A stretch of DNA of 62,482 nt, filler included, from Asterionella formosa (taxonomy: Eukaryota), in the NCBI GenBank assembly GCA_002256025.1. It is 4 parts of 4 records of this genome, joined end to end, with 100 filler letters (N's around TTAATTAATTAA, not from the genome) between each part and the next. Parts side by side here need not be neighbours in the genome. Positions count along the whole stretch, not along the records: positions 33,262 to 62,482 come from NKIB01001055.1; 3 more parts are not named here. One strand, given 5' to 3'. Made by a program: the position numbers and the translations under genes. Below are positions 51,725 to 62,482 of the stretch, piece by piece. The first letter of the stretch is position 1; every line of letters begins with the position of its first letter. A model generated the notes under the pieces. It saw only the letters and a list, made by a program, of their open reading frames with translations. It was not told the origin of the DNA and did not search any database.

Positions 51725-53583
51725 GTGGGGAATTTTAGGTTAAATGAATTGCCCTTGAGGGTCATTTTAGGTATTCCGCACCTAAAATTCAGGAAATGAT
51801 TGAGAATATTTTCTCGTCCTACAGACAAATGTTGGTACAAGCCTACAGACAAAGGGTCATTTTAGGTTATTCCACACCTAAAATTCAGGAAATGATTGAG
51901 AATATTTTCTCGTCCTACAGACAAATGTTGGTACATGCAAGGCTACAGACAAAGTTAAACTTCCTTTTCAGTTCTTGGAATTTCAGCTGTGGGAAAACCT
52001 TTTAAATGACTCGCTGCATTCAATACTTTTGTACAGTGTAAAACGGATGACGGATTCTGATGGTTCATGCCATACTTAGCTTGAGGTTGGTACATGATGC
52101 ATTGGATCTACCGGTACCTGATACCTGACATGGAGCATTGATGTACCGGTAGATAAATAGAGAACTATACTTGACGGTATTTATGACTTACTATGATATT
52201 ATGGAGTACTAATACCGGTACAAGGTACCAGGTACCTGGTACCTGATGGATGCGCATACATACATGTCAGTACGTACCGGTGTTTTGTAGAATCTTGTCG
52301 GCATGAACTTTTCTTTGTCCTACCATTAAATATTGCGAAACCATGTGATCGATCTACAGTTTTCCACGGCTCACCTTTGTCATTGCTAGCTACGGATGTG
52401 CTCATTTGTATGAAGCAAGCGACGATAGATCATCACAGCAATCAACCGAAGTCCATGCTGTCTCATCAATCTCTGAAATACTAGCTAGTACGCAGCAAAA
52501 TTGCAAGTGATTTTTGGGTTGTATTATCTTGTGATAGTTGCATGTTGGTAATGCGACCACAATTCTAACAGCTCGTTGAATGTGTGGATGTGATTTTAAA
52601 ATAGAACAATGTTGATGACTAGATATCATAACAGCCATGAAAATGTTCGTTTGATTATGAAGTCGTCTGATTTATTCTGTTTACCATCATCCATGCCTAG
52701 TATACAGTGCGTCATACTACTTCTTCGTTTTCGTTGCCAGTTCAAGCCCAATTATTGCCAGTTATCATCGATTAATCACCCTGTTCGTATTGCTAGAAAA
52801 AACCCTTCGAATGTGTTCGTCTATTAATTACCGACTTCAAGTTTTTAAATTCTGGCGCATTTTTGATTGTTGAATTGAATCAAGCTTTCTGGATTCTCTA
52901 TCACCATGTCATGCAAATTTTCACTGAGGGTCCACCATTTGTTGCAAGCTGATAAAGCAGGTCGGGTAGTTAAAAATTCACACAAATAACATGATTCTTT
53001 GAAAGATTTATGAGATGATTGAACTTGTTCCATAAGCCTATCATTGAGGCATCATGAGGGATGCAAGTAGTGCATGAAGCTAAACTCATAATGTGCAAGA
53101 TTATTCAAACTAGCTAGCAGTATGGATAAATCTACTACTAAAGACTACAATGTTAACACCGAAACTATGATTTTGAAATTTTGATGCTAATGAATTACTA
53201 CTAGTAGTTATTGAAATGAACAAGGGAATTAATTTGGTTAAAGCAGTCAACCGAAGAATCAGGCCATTGTTGAATGTGTTCAACAATTTTCAACAGAACA
53301 AGTAGTACTGACACTACTACTAATAGCTAGCTACTATTCATTTCATCTACATTCTATCATTTGGTTGAGGTTGAAATGAAGTGATAGTGAGTCGTAATTT
53401 ACATATTGTGTGTATACTATAGTTACAATTTTTTTCATCTGCTCCGCCCTGCAATGTATTATCAGTACTTTCTGTATTAGGTATGGATGGGTGTGGTCCG
53501 CCCGAGGTAGAAGTCGTTCTCGTGTGTACATTTTATACCGACCATTTTTAAGGTGTCGGTTTGACCTAAAATTCATGGTGTGA
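51725..53583. mobile_element. Non-autonomous DNA-transposon-like insertion with an 8-bp TSD (ATAAGAAG), nested in the dispersed repeat
   Basis: TSD at 51717-51724 and 53584-53591. Subterminal inverted repeat GAATTTTAGGTTAAA / TTTGACCTAAAATTC. Empty site at 41542-41549. Confidence 0.7.
51757..51952. repeat. Tandem duplication of an approximately 96-bp unit (2 copies)
   Basis: AGGGTCATTTTAGGT...CCTACAGACAAATGTTGGTACA occurs twice. Confidence 0.85.
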
Positions 53584-55626
53584 ATAAGAAGTGATATTGT
53601 TCTTGGTTGAATCGGTTTCTAGCTATGATCATGTGATTTTCCAAATTTTGGCACACTTGTGCGCCAGAAAATTAGTACAAGTCACATGCTAATTTCTAGA
53701 GCTTTATATACCTGTTTCTACATACAGATTATCTTGTGTAGGTTCTACAAAGTTCTGTCTTGCCGGAACTTCCGCAAGCCAATCAAATTATGCCATGATT
53801 TTTGTGCATCTGCATTGCCAAGAAACCCAAGGCATGCAATGCATCCTTTTGCTGCTGCATCTATACAAACAACCAGTTCTCAGCTGAAAATAGCTTGTTT
53901 CAGGTATTTTTCCTACAATCAATCATGTTATTGTTTTAGTCGTCGTTGCATTGATTGCGTAGCTACTGTGAAAGTGTCAAATCTGTTCATAGCATCATCA
54001 TTTAGAATTGTGCATCCATAAATAAACCACATGAAAAAATATGCCATCTTTGCGTCTTAATTTTCATGGTGGTTAATATATTTGTTACTATAATAATTCT
54101 CATATGATTGTATTTCCTATGTTGTGCTTGCTTGATATACGGATGTCATTGGAAAGCGTTGTTCTCAATTTTCGTGTAGATATCACTAGTTTTGTCATGG
54201 TCAAGTCTTTGATGACATGATACAAGATGCTCCAGCTGGACATAATGACTGCACTTTACTGTTTTGTATGTACAAAAGAAATGCATAATTTTCGCTAAAT
54301 ATTAATATAGCTACTAGCGCCTACCGGTAAATGTAGACTAACATAGTCAAGGTAGTTGTTCAATAATATAATACAATTTTCGTAGTCATATTGACAAAAA
54401 ATTGAAATCTCTGCTAGAAGATTTGTTGGTCATCGTTGCTCAGTTTTGAAGATATAGCGAAAGGGGAGGCACCATTGAATCTGCAGTGGCTAACTTCGTA
54501 ACTTATGCTAGATGATCATTTCTATTTACTGTACAAATCGATGAGAAGACTTGAGAAAATGAAATCTTGAAAAGAGCACAACAGCTCGAAATGCAAGAAA
54601 ATACCTCAACGTATACTTTTTGTACTGAGTTTCATGTACACACTAATTGCTGTGGTTCATATTTCTTTGGAATTTTGATAAGGTCATTTTGCAGTTTATT
54701 ATAGACGTACATTTAGACATTCAACAATACACTGCTTATTCTTTTGGTAACTAGAAATTTCGACACTAGTAGTTCCCTGGACTATCTCATTGTGCATTTT
54801 TGGACACTTTTGTGCAACGAAGGTAATGGACCTAAAAGTTGAAACCACAAGAGTAAAGCTTCAAACTCAGGAGTAGGAATTGTAAAACAAGGAACCCTCT
54901 CCAATGATTGCATTCGATCCCTACATTGTCCATGTTGTATCCCGGCTGGCTAGAATGCATATGCCAATCTCTGTATAACTGAACTCCTACTTGTCAATTC
55001 CATCATCTCGGAAACTCCAGCATATGACTACTTGTTGCTTACTAAAATGGCATTTGAACTGGAACACTGAAAAGGGTACACTGGAAACTGGATAATGGCA
55101 GGCTTCATGAAGAGGAACAAGCACCTGTTTAAACTTGGAATGGACGCACTGGACGATATGAATAGGAACAAAAAAGAGCTGAGGAGAAGAAGGAGAGAGT
55201 GAAATTAAATAAAAAACTTGTGTATTACACAACAATGTTGAAGAAGGTGCAAGCAATCAGAGTGCTTAACAAACAGCCACACGAATGGACGGTGACACAA
55301 ACAAAAACAGTAGTGTCGTTGTCCAAACTAATTGGCACTACGCCATTACTACTACCAAATGCATCTTTGGTGGGCAAATGTGGCCATGAACTGGTGCCCT
55401 TTTTAGTGAACAATGTATGAGAGTTGTAAATTCATCTCTTCTCGAGAATAACAAGATTGTCATCCTTGGATGAGGCAACCAACACCTTTTGGTTTCATAT
55501 TATCACTAGAAAGGGATAGTTCATTCGCTAGTTACTCCTATCACTGTGAGCACTGATGAGCATCACAGTTATATTGTTGACCCACAGTGTTAGCTTAGGT
55601 TAGTCTAGCATATATTTGTTCATGTT

Positions 55627-56583
55627 TTAGACTTGAAAGTTGATGATACGGGCAAACTTCTTGCTGTCGAGAGATGCCCCACCAACAAGGGTACCATCGA
55701 TATCAGGCTTAGCCATGAGCGAATCAACAGAGTCTGGTGAGACGGATCCGCCGTAAAGGATACGAACCGAATCAGCCGTCTCTTGGTCATACATCTCCGC
55801 TAGAATGGCTCTGCAGGTGGCGTGGACATTCTGGGCAGTCTCTGGAGTAGCCACCTTTCCAGTTCCAATGGCCCAAACCGGTTCGTAGGCAATGGCCACA
55901 CGGTTCATGTCCTCCTTCGGGATCCCAGCAAGTCCCTTCTTGAGCTGTATGGCACAGACAGCACCTGCCAAGTTCTGTTCATACTCTGCTTCACTTTCTC
56001 CAATACAAAGTATGACAGACATTCCCAATTCCATCAATTTGCGGCACTGTCCATTAATGTATTCATCTGATTCGTTGAAAAGGACACGACGTTCTGAGTG
56101 ACCAGCTAAGGCCCAGTTGACCCCAATGGACTTGAGCATAGAAGCAGACACTGCTCCAGTAAAAGCTCCATTGATTTCGGGACAGACGCCCTGTCGAAGA
56201 AAGAACACAGCAAGAAACGATTAGATTCGGTAGCAGCATCTACCGCCATGTTGATACAAGATGACTGCTGCTCCGATTGCACATACCTCGGCTCCAATCT
56301 TCAGCTTCCCGCCAACAGCGTCAATAGTGGACTCAATAAAGACATAGGGTACGAAGAGTGCAACATCAGCATCTGGGGAATTTGGTCCAATGGCAGAAGC
56401 GATTTCAGTAGCCAGAGCGATGGCTTCCTCTTTTGTCTGAGGATTGAGCTTCCAGTTTCCAGTGATGAATGGCTTTCTTGCATCAAGTGATGAGGTGCTG
56501 GTAGATCGAACGCCAAACATATTAGGCGCAAATGCAGCACCAGTGGAGAGCATGGACAGGAGAGAAAGTGCTGCAAACTTCAT
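55627..56583 (-). CDS. TPI: Triosephosphate isomerase, plastid-targeted; intron 56191-56286
   Basis: Presequence GAAFAP, then FITGNWK, AGHSERR, IAYEPVWAIGTG, YGGSV and LVGGASL. Confidence 0.97.
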
Positions 56584-57471
56584 GTTGATTGATGGATGTA
56601 TAGATTAATGGAATATTGGTGTGATGTTTGCAGTTTTGTGCGGAGCGGTTGGTGATGACTTGACCTTAAGATCTGGCACCAGGTCGTATGGCGGTACATG
56701 GTAGTATTGTTATGCTTTACTATCTGGTACGACTTTTGAACTGCGTGCGTCGAGGCACCCACCAACAAAAAAAAGATTCTGGTACCAGGTACCAGGTACC
56801 AGGTAGTATCAGGTGCTAACAGCGACCGCAGACAGCAGTTCTTTTGTTTGGCTGTACATACATACCGGTAGGGTTTTGTCCCCTTGTCATGATGTGTCCC
56901 ATGATGCTACCGGTAGTTATCATTGTCGTCGCGGTGCGTGCGATCATGGTTGGTATGGTTGCACGATGGACAGGCGTTGACCACCCAAACTGAAGGATCA
57001 CTCTGCAGGATACAACTATGTTGGTACCAGTACTCGAATTGGTATGCAAAAACGGTATGGTACCAGGTTCCTGCTACATGATGTAGGTACATATCATAAA
57101 CCAGAACATCTGCCTTTCATGAGGATGCTCGGTGACCACGTACCACCATTCCACCGGTACCTGTACCAGGTACCGGTACATATGTAGCTAGTATACATCA
57201 GCTCAGATTTATCGATTCTTGCTATGAAGGTTGCTTGGCGGCCTTCTTGATGGGTGTGCCCAATACATATGTAATCGACCATTCACGGGCTCCCTTCTAC
57301 TACCGGTACTCCGTACCAGGTGTACCAGGTACCTGACACCCTTGACTTCAATTCATCTCCGCTCGATTTTGACTGATTTTATGTAGTTAGAACGCGTCGT
57401 CACACCGAAAGGTTCACCATACTTGGCATATTTCGTGATATCCAACTCATTTTTTATTCACAATAGAAATC

Positions 57472-58458
57472 ATGATTCGAGTTGCCCTCCTTTTTGCTGC
57501 TGCAGGCTCTATCGACGCCTTCTTTGCCCCGTCGTATCTCCCGTCGCAAGCATCACGAACATCTTCTTTGAGCATGTCTTCTGCTGCCGATGATGTGCTC
57601 GTTATGGTCAACGGAATGCCCGGCCCAATGGCAACCGCAGCTGCTGAAGCCTGCCTTCGCAAAGGGTTGCAACTATCCCCAGTTGCCATGACTGGACCAG
57701 ATGTGGAACCCTGCAACATTAACGTGTATGATCCAATCTCGAAACGATCGAAAGATGTTAGACTTGTCCCATCCAAGGATGTTGAAGGCATTGAAGCAGC
57801 TATTGAAGGAGTCAAGACAGCTGTGGGTCCCAAAAACCTCATTGCAATTGATTATACGCACCCTTCCGCTGTCAATAACAATGCACTATTTTATGTCAAG
57901 AATCATATTCCTTTCGTCATGGGAACGACTGGAGGGGACAGAGAAAAACTTTTAGCAGATGTATCCGCTGCGAAGCACTTTGCAGTTATTGCACCCAACA
58001 TGGGCAAACAAATTGTTGCCATGCAGGCCGCCCTGGAGGATTTGGCCACAAAGTACCCCTCAGCCTTTAGTGGGTATGAGCTAGAGGTGATTGAATCGCA
58101 CCAAAAAACAAAGGCGGACACTTCTGGAACTGCCAAGGCAGTCATTGAATCCCTCAAGAAACTGTCTGATGACGACTTTGATGTCGAAACGGATGTAGAG
58201 ATGCTGCGAGATGATGAATCGTCGCTCGACTTTGGAGTGCCGGAGGAGGGATTGCTTGGACATGCATTTCACACTTATACCCTCACGAGTCCCGATGGGT
58301 CTGTGCAATTCGCCTTGCAGCACAATGTGGTGGGCAGAAATATATACGCCGAGGGGACTGCGGATGCTGTCAGATTTTTGGCAAAAAAGATTGCTGCAGG
58401 GGCTGAAGCCAAAGTTTACACAATGGTTAATGTTTTGGAAGAAGGAGCTCTGGAATAA
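57472..58458 (+). CDS. dapB: 4-hydroxy-tetrahydrodipicolinate reductase (plant/algal type), plastid-targeted
   Basis: VMVNGMPGPMA, IDYTHPSAV, PFVMGTTGG, ESHQKTKADTSGTAK and GHAFHTY. Presequence IDA-FFAP. Confidence 0.92.
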   Translation: MIRVALLFAAAGSIDAFFAPSYLPSQASRTSSLSMSSAADDVLVMVNGMPGPMATAAAEACLRKGLQLSPVAMTGPDVEPCNINVYDPISKRSKDVRLVPSKDVEGIEAAIEGVKTAVGPKNLIAIDYTHPSAVNNNALFYVKNHIPFVMGTTGGDREKLLADVSAAKHFAVIAPNMGKQIVAMQAALEDLATKYPSAFSGYELEVIESHQKTKADTSGTAKAVIESLKKLSDDDFDVETDVEMLRDDESSLDFGVPEEGLLGHAFHTYTLTSPDGSVQFALQHNVVGRNIYAEGTADAVRFLAKKIAAGAEAKVYTMVNVLEEGALE

Positions 58459-58545
58459 GCAAAATATTGTTGACAAACATGAATGGAATAGAAATATTTT
58501 AATAAATCAAAAATACCGGTATAGTTGATCCATGCAAGCAGCCTA

Positions 58546-60172
58546 TTAGATACATTTCGGTAAACACTTAAGACAGTCGCAAGTAAAGAGATACTTCCTT
58601 TCCAATTCTCGTATTCTTCGATTTCGATCACGTTGACTACTACTTGTTCTCCCTTGGTTGTTGATGTAACTAATGGTGATTTCTTCTCCTGGTCGAATAT
58701 CTCGCTTAGCAACCACGTCAATATGACAATCTACAAATTCTCCACTGCTAACCATTGCATTGGGATCACAAGAATGATTCATTCGGGCAGCCAGAGTAAA
58801 AATAGCAACAACTTGTGCTGCCACCAAATCTGCCACATCTCGATCCATGGTGCGTTGTAATGTTTCGGAACCAAGTGTATGTGCTATTTGTTTCATCCAC
58901 ACTTGGTGTTTTTCAGTTCCACGGCCTCCAGCAGCTCGAAGGAGTGCGGCATGGTAAGGTCGGAAAGGACTCTCGGTTCGAAAGGCGAAACCGTTGCGTG
59001 CAGAAACGGCTGCTAGCCGGGAAAACCATTCCAAAGAAAAAATGCTTTTCTCTTGGGTTGTCATTCCATACACATTGGAACATAGCGCGTCATATACTGA
59101 CAATAGTGAGAAATTGATTTTACCCTCCTCATCCCTAAATTGCACACCCAACTCCAAGACTTGTATGTCACTGGCTGTCCCGCACAAATCCTTCAAGTCG
59201 TCAATCTTGTTGTTCAATGCTCGATAATTTTTCAAAAAGGAACAAAAAATTCTTGAAGCCATAATTACGGCAACATTATCGCTGTTGGTCGATAAAGTCT
59301 GCAACACAACCTCCATCGCATTTATGCATTGGCAACAACTAGTCATTTCTAGGAAATACGCATCTTGACATGCACTGGAACAAAACAACCCCGTGCAATT
59401 GGTGCATTGCAATCGACCATGAATGTCTTGTCGAAATCTTAAATTCGGTCCCTCCTGTGCGTTTGCTGTCGTTGCTGCTGCTGTTTTTAATTCCACGTAA
59501 TCTGGAATAGGCCACAGGGAGGACATTGGCAGATGTGATCCATCGGTGGTTTGACGACATGATGAGACTGGTTCCATGGATCGAAAGCAATGCTGACATG
59601 CTCGTATAGCGAACTGACGAGATCCCCAAGGTTCCATGTTGCGGCATATCTCGGTTGATAGTTGAGTAGCAAAGGCAGCTTTCTCGGTGAAGATGTGACT
59701 TCCCTTGGGAATCCACTCGGTTGCAACGAGAGCGTTTCCTCGATCATTCCTGGACGACTATATAATGCAATTTTTGAATATATATATAACAAGGAAAGAA
59801 TGAACATGAACCTTTTGACTGTAAACCCGACATTGGTCATTCGTGGCGCACATCACTTACAAGGTCAACCACCTGAACGGGTGGATGTATGATTTGCCCG
59901 TTCGTGGAAATGGCATGAGCACGGACGAAGAAATCGGTAGATCCAATTAGAGGCAGTAACCCTTGTATGTTATCTATGAAATCTCCCTGCTCTTGAGTTG
60001 ACTGGTTGGAAAATTTGCCCCTCGATGAACTGTCAAAAGTTTCCGGTTCAGTGATGTTGTGACGAGACCAAGCATCAAGCGTAATGTCGGACGGCGAAAT
60101 GCCACCCAGCAACATTGCCAGCCCTTCATCTGCCGAGTCATAGTCACAATCTGCTACAGTGTAATCAGCCAT
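58546..60172 (-). CDS. SET and MYND domain (SMYD-type) lysine methyltransferase; intron 59758-59860
   Basis: Splicing gives RGNALVATEWIPKGSHIFTE. Split MYND motif CQHC...CTNC...FCSSACQ, then RMNHSCDPNA, GEEITISY and post-SET FTCDCLKC. Confidence 0.9.
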
Positions 60173-61470
60173 TACCAAGAAATGGCAAGGCAATAAGGTA
60201 ACAAGGTGATGAATTCCGTTTTTTATAAACAAGTGTGCAACAGCCTTTAGACGCCAAGTTGGTGATTGTTACGGTGGATGAGGAGGTCAGTATACTGTAC
60301 GTAATATTTACCAGTATCAGTATATCAGTATACTGTTGGATTGGAATAAAGTAACTGTAATAATAACTGGTGGGACTACCCAATGCCATACTGCCTGACG
60401 TTAGTATACCGGTAAGTATAACTGTGGATACGAAAAAATGGCTCGGAGTTATCTGCACTATAAAATCACCGACCTATGTCACACAGTATACCAGTGTCGG
60501 GTACCGGTACCAGGTACCTGGTACCGTGCTTCGTATCTAATCTTTCGAACCCTCTGGTACCTGGTACCAGGGTACCAGGGTACTGGTAATACTGGTACCA
60601 GGTACCCTGGTAGCCTATAGTAGCATGCACTAGCTCGTATATAGCTAGCAAACTTTAGCAACGACTAAACTGGGAGGCACAAATCAAGTGATGTGGCAGT
60701 ACATATCTAGCAAGCACACTTCTCCTATTGAATGCATATATTGCAGGGTAGCTAGCACAGCAATATATGCTGATGTATAAGAATACTATGATGGTTATTC
60801 TTCAAATATATAGATAGAAAGTGAATGAACCTTTAGACTTCTTGCAAGTTTGCTGATGCTTCATCACCTTGCAAAGTCATGGCAATAACCATCATTTGAT
60901 CACAATCAAATACTAGAAGTTATCAAAAGCAACTGTTTACAAACTTTCTCTCAGTTTGCATTTGTCTAAAAGCAGTGCTGTTCCACTATTCATCCCTTGA
61001 GCAGTTACAGGTGAAATACCAAGGCAGCCCTCATATTGCTCAAGATCGACATAGACATTTTCTCTTGTAATTAAAGATTGCAGGAGATCTCGATTTTTCG
61101 CTCAACCATCCAATCTTTTCATAATCTTCATCTATATACTAGAAATCTCTTATGTATCAGCATTTTTCCTTTTGCCATTTTCAAAACTGATGTCATGATT
61201 GTCTACATAGAAAATTCAATACGCCAATTTTATTCCTCTCATCTCGGTCCTCCCATACTTGCTATGCCATAAACAGTAAGCAAAAGCTGAGGTGCAAAGC
61301 GGGACCCCAGCCAGTTAAGATGCAAAAACAATTAGGATGGTGATTTTTTATTGTTGAGAGTTGTTGGCCTTGATGCTGTATAATTCCTTGTTGCTGCTTC
61401 TTGTCTAGTCATACAGTCACATCTAAGACGCCGTTTACGGCACTTTTTCGAATTTATGTGTAAAGTGACG

Positions 61471-61552
61471 TATTTATGCTACTTTTTTAAAATATTATGT
61501 TACTTTTCTAAAATATTATGTTACTTTTTTGAAATATTATGCTACTTTTTCC
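61471..61552. repeat. 21-bp tandem repeat, 4 copies (AAATATTATGYTACTTTT)
   Basis: Directly visible periodicity. Confidence 0.85.
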
Positions 61553-61968
61553 CTAATTTATTCGGGTTAAACAAAAATTTATTTCACTTATCGAATAATT
61601 ATGTGATCACACCAATAATTATGTGTGTTCGTGACAATATATGTTGACCAACTAGCCATCGCAACAGTTTAAAAGCGAAATTATGCTGCTCTGCCGCAAT
61701 ATTATGCTGCTTTCACCATATAATGAACGAAAGAGTCGCCAATTCCGATACACTTATTATTTTTTCCGCTCCGACATATCACTTTGATCTGAACTGGCAA
61801 AGAAAAACACATGCAAGAGGAAGATTCACACTGTAGAATTCAGCACACGTAGTAGTAGTAGTTGATGTTGTAGACACATAATTAAGTCATTGTTGATTGT
61901 AGAGATTACAATAGCCTGCCAGATTGGAAATAAAGCACTGTTGGTCCTCGTTGAGCATCGTTTAGCAT

Positions 61969-62482
61969 TGCATGTCGCCGTAGCTAGTGAGTCAAAATTG
62001 AGATGCGCCGCAATGGCCTTCTCCGTTTCGGAGCAGCTACAAATAGTCTGCAGCAATAAGTCGAGCAAGTACAATATAGAAAAAGAAGGAAAGGATGCTG
62101 AGTAGCTCACAATAAGGAATTGAATCCGTTATTTCGTTAAGAAACAGCTGTTGCATATTTCAACCTTGGATGTCGCCGTAGTGAGTCAAAATTGAGATGT
62201 GCCGCAATGGCCTTCTCCGTTTCGGAGCAGCTACAAATAGTCTACAGCGATAACTCTAGCAAGTACAATATAGAAAAAGAAGGAAAGGATGCTGAGTAGC
62301 TGACAATAAGGAATTGAATCCGTTATTTCGTTCAGAAACAGCTGTTGCATATTTTAACCTTGCATGTCGCCGTAGTGAGTCAAAATTGAGATGTGCCGCA
62401 ATGGCCTTCTCCGTTTCGGAGCAGCTACAAATAGTCTACAGCAATAAGTCGAGCAAGTACAATATAGAAATAGAAGGAAAGG
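61969..62482. repeat. Tandem repeat or satellite, 194-198 bp unit, at least 2.6 copies, running off the window end
   Basis: TGTCGCCGTAG(CTAG)TGAGTCAAAATTGAGATG starts at 61973, 62171 and 62365. Confidence 0.92.

Noticed and set aside
54900..55420. Possible transposase C-terminal relic (LNKQPHEWTVTQTKTVVS)
   Set aside because: Too degraded to assign, and no catalytic motifs are visible.
61969..62482. Repeats considered as a CRISPR array (also 51120-51326 and 61471-61552)
   Set aside because: These are plain tandem repeats without unique spacers, in a eukaryotic context with no cas genes.

Overview
Eukaryotic nuclear DNA, most likely from a diatom. The evidence is short GT-AG introns, bipartite plastid presequences with ASAFAP-type motifs, two fucoxanthin-chlorophyll LHC genes and a CoDi-like Copia element. 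It is a draft scaffold with three N-gaps, each carrying an artificial TTAATTAATTAA spacer. About 19 intact protein genes sit in compact islands: MFS transporter, F-box-like protein, eIF6, two LHC proteins, MsrA, an unknown tail-anchored protein, PP1 inhibitor-2, nitroreductase, DUF2358-like protein, ankyrin protein, GluRS, 6PGL, AP endonuclease, ERCC1, an HMA/Cys-rich protein, plastid TPI, DapB and a SMYD-type SET protein. There is also one tRNA-Ala(AGC). The islands are separated by AT-rich, transposon-derived stretches. Main leads: (1) a complete DD39D mariner element (30-bp Stowaway-like TIRs, TA target duplication) whose transposase is broken but which carries an intact, convergent, HIRAN-like cargo ORF; (2) an unusual HMA plus metallothionein-like protein that could be a metal sensor, whose 5' part is duplicated in inverted orientation 4.7 kb upstream; (3) a GGTACCA/TACCAGGTA motif that clusters upstream of many genes; (4) a nested insertion with an 8-bp TSD whose empty site is visible elsewhere in the window. 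All family assignments come from motif recognition by eye; no searches were run.
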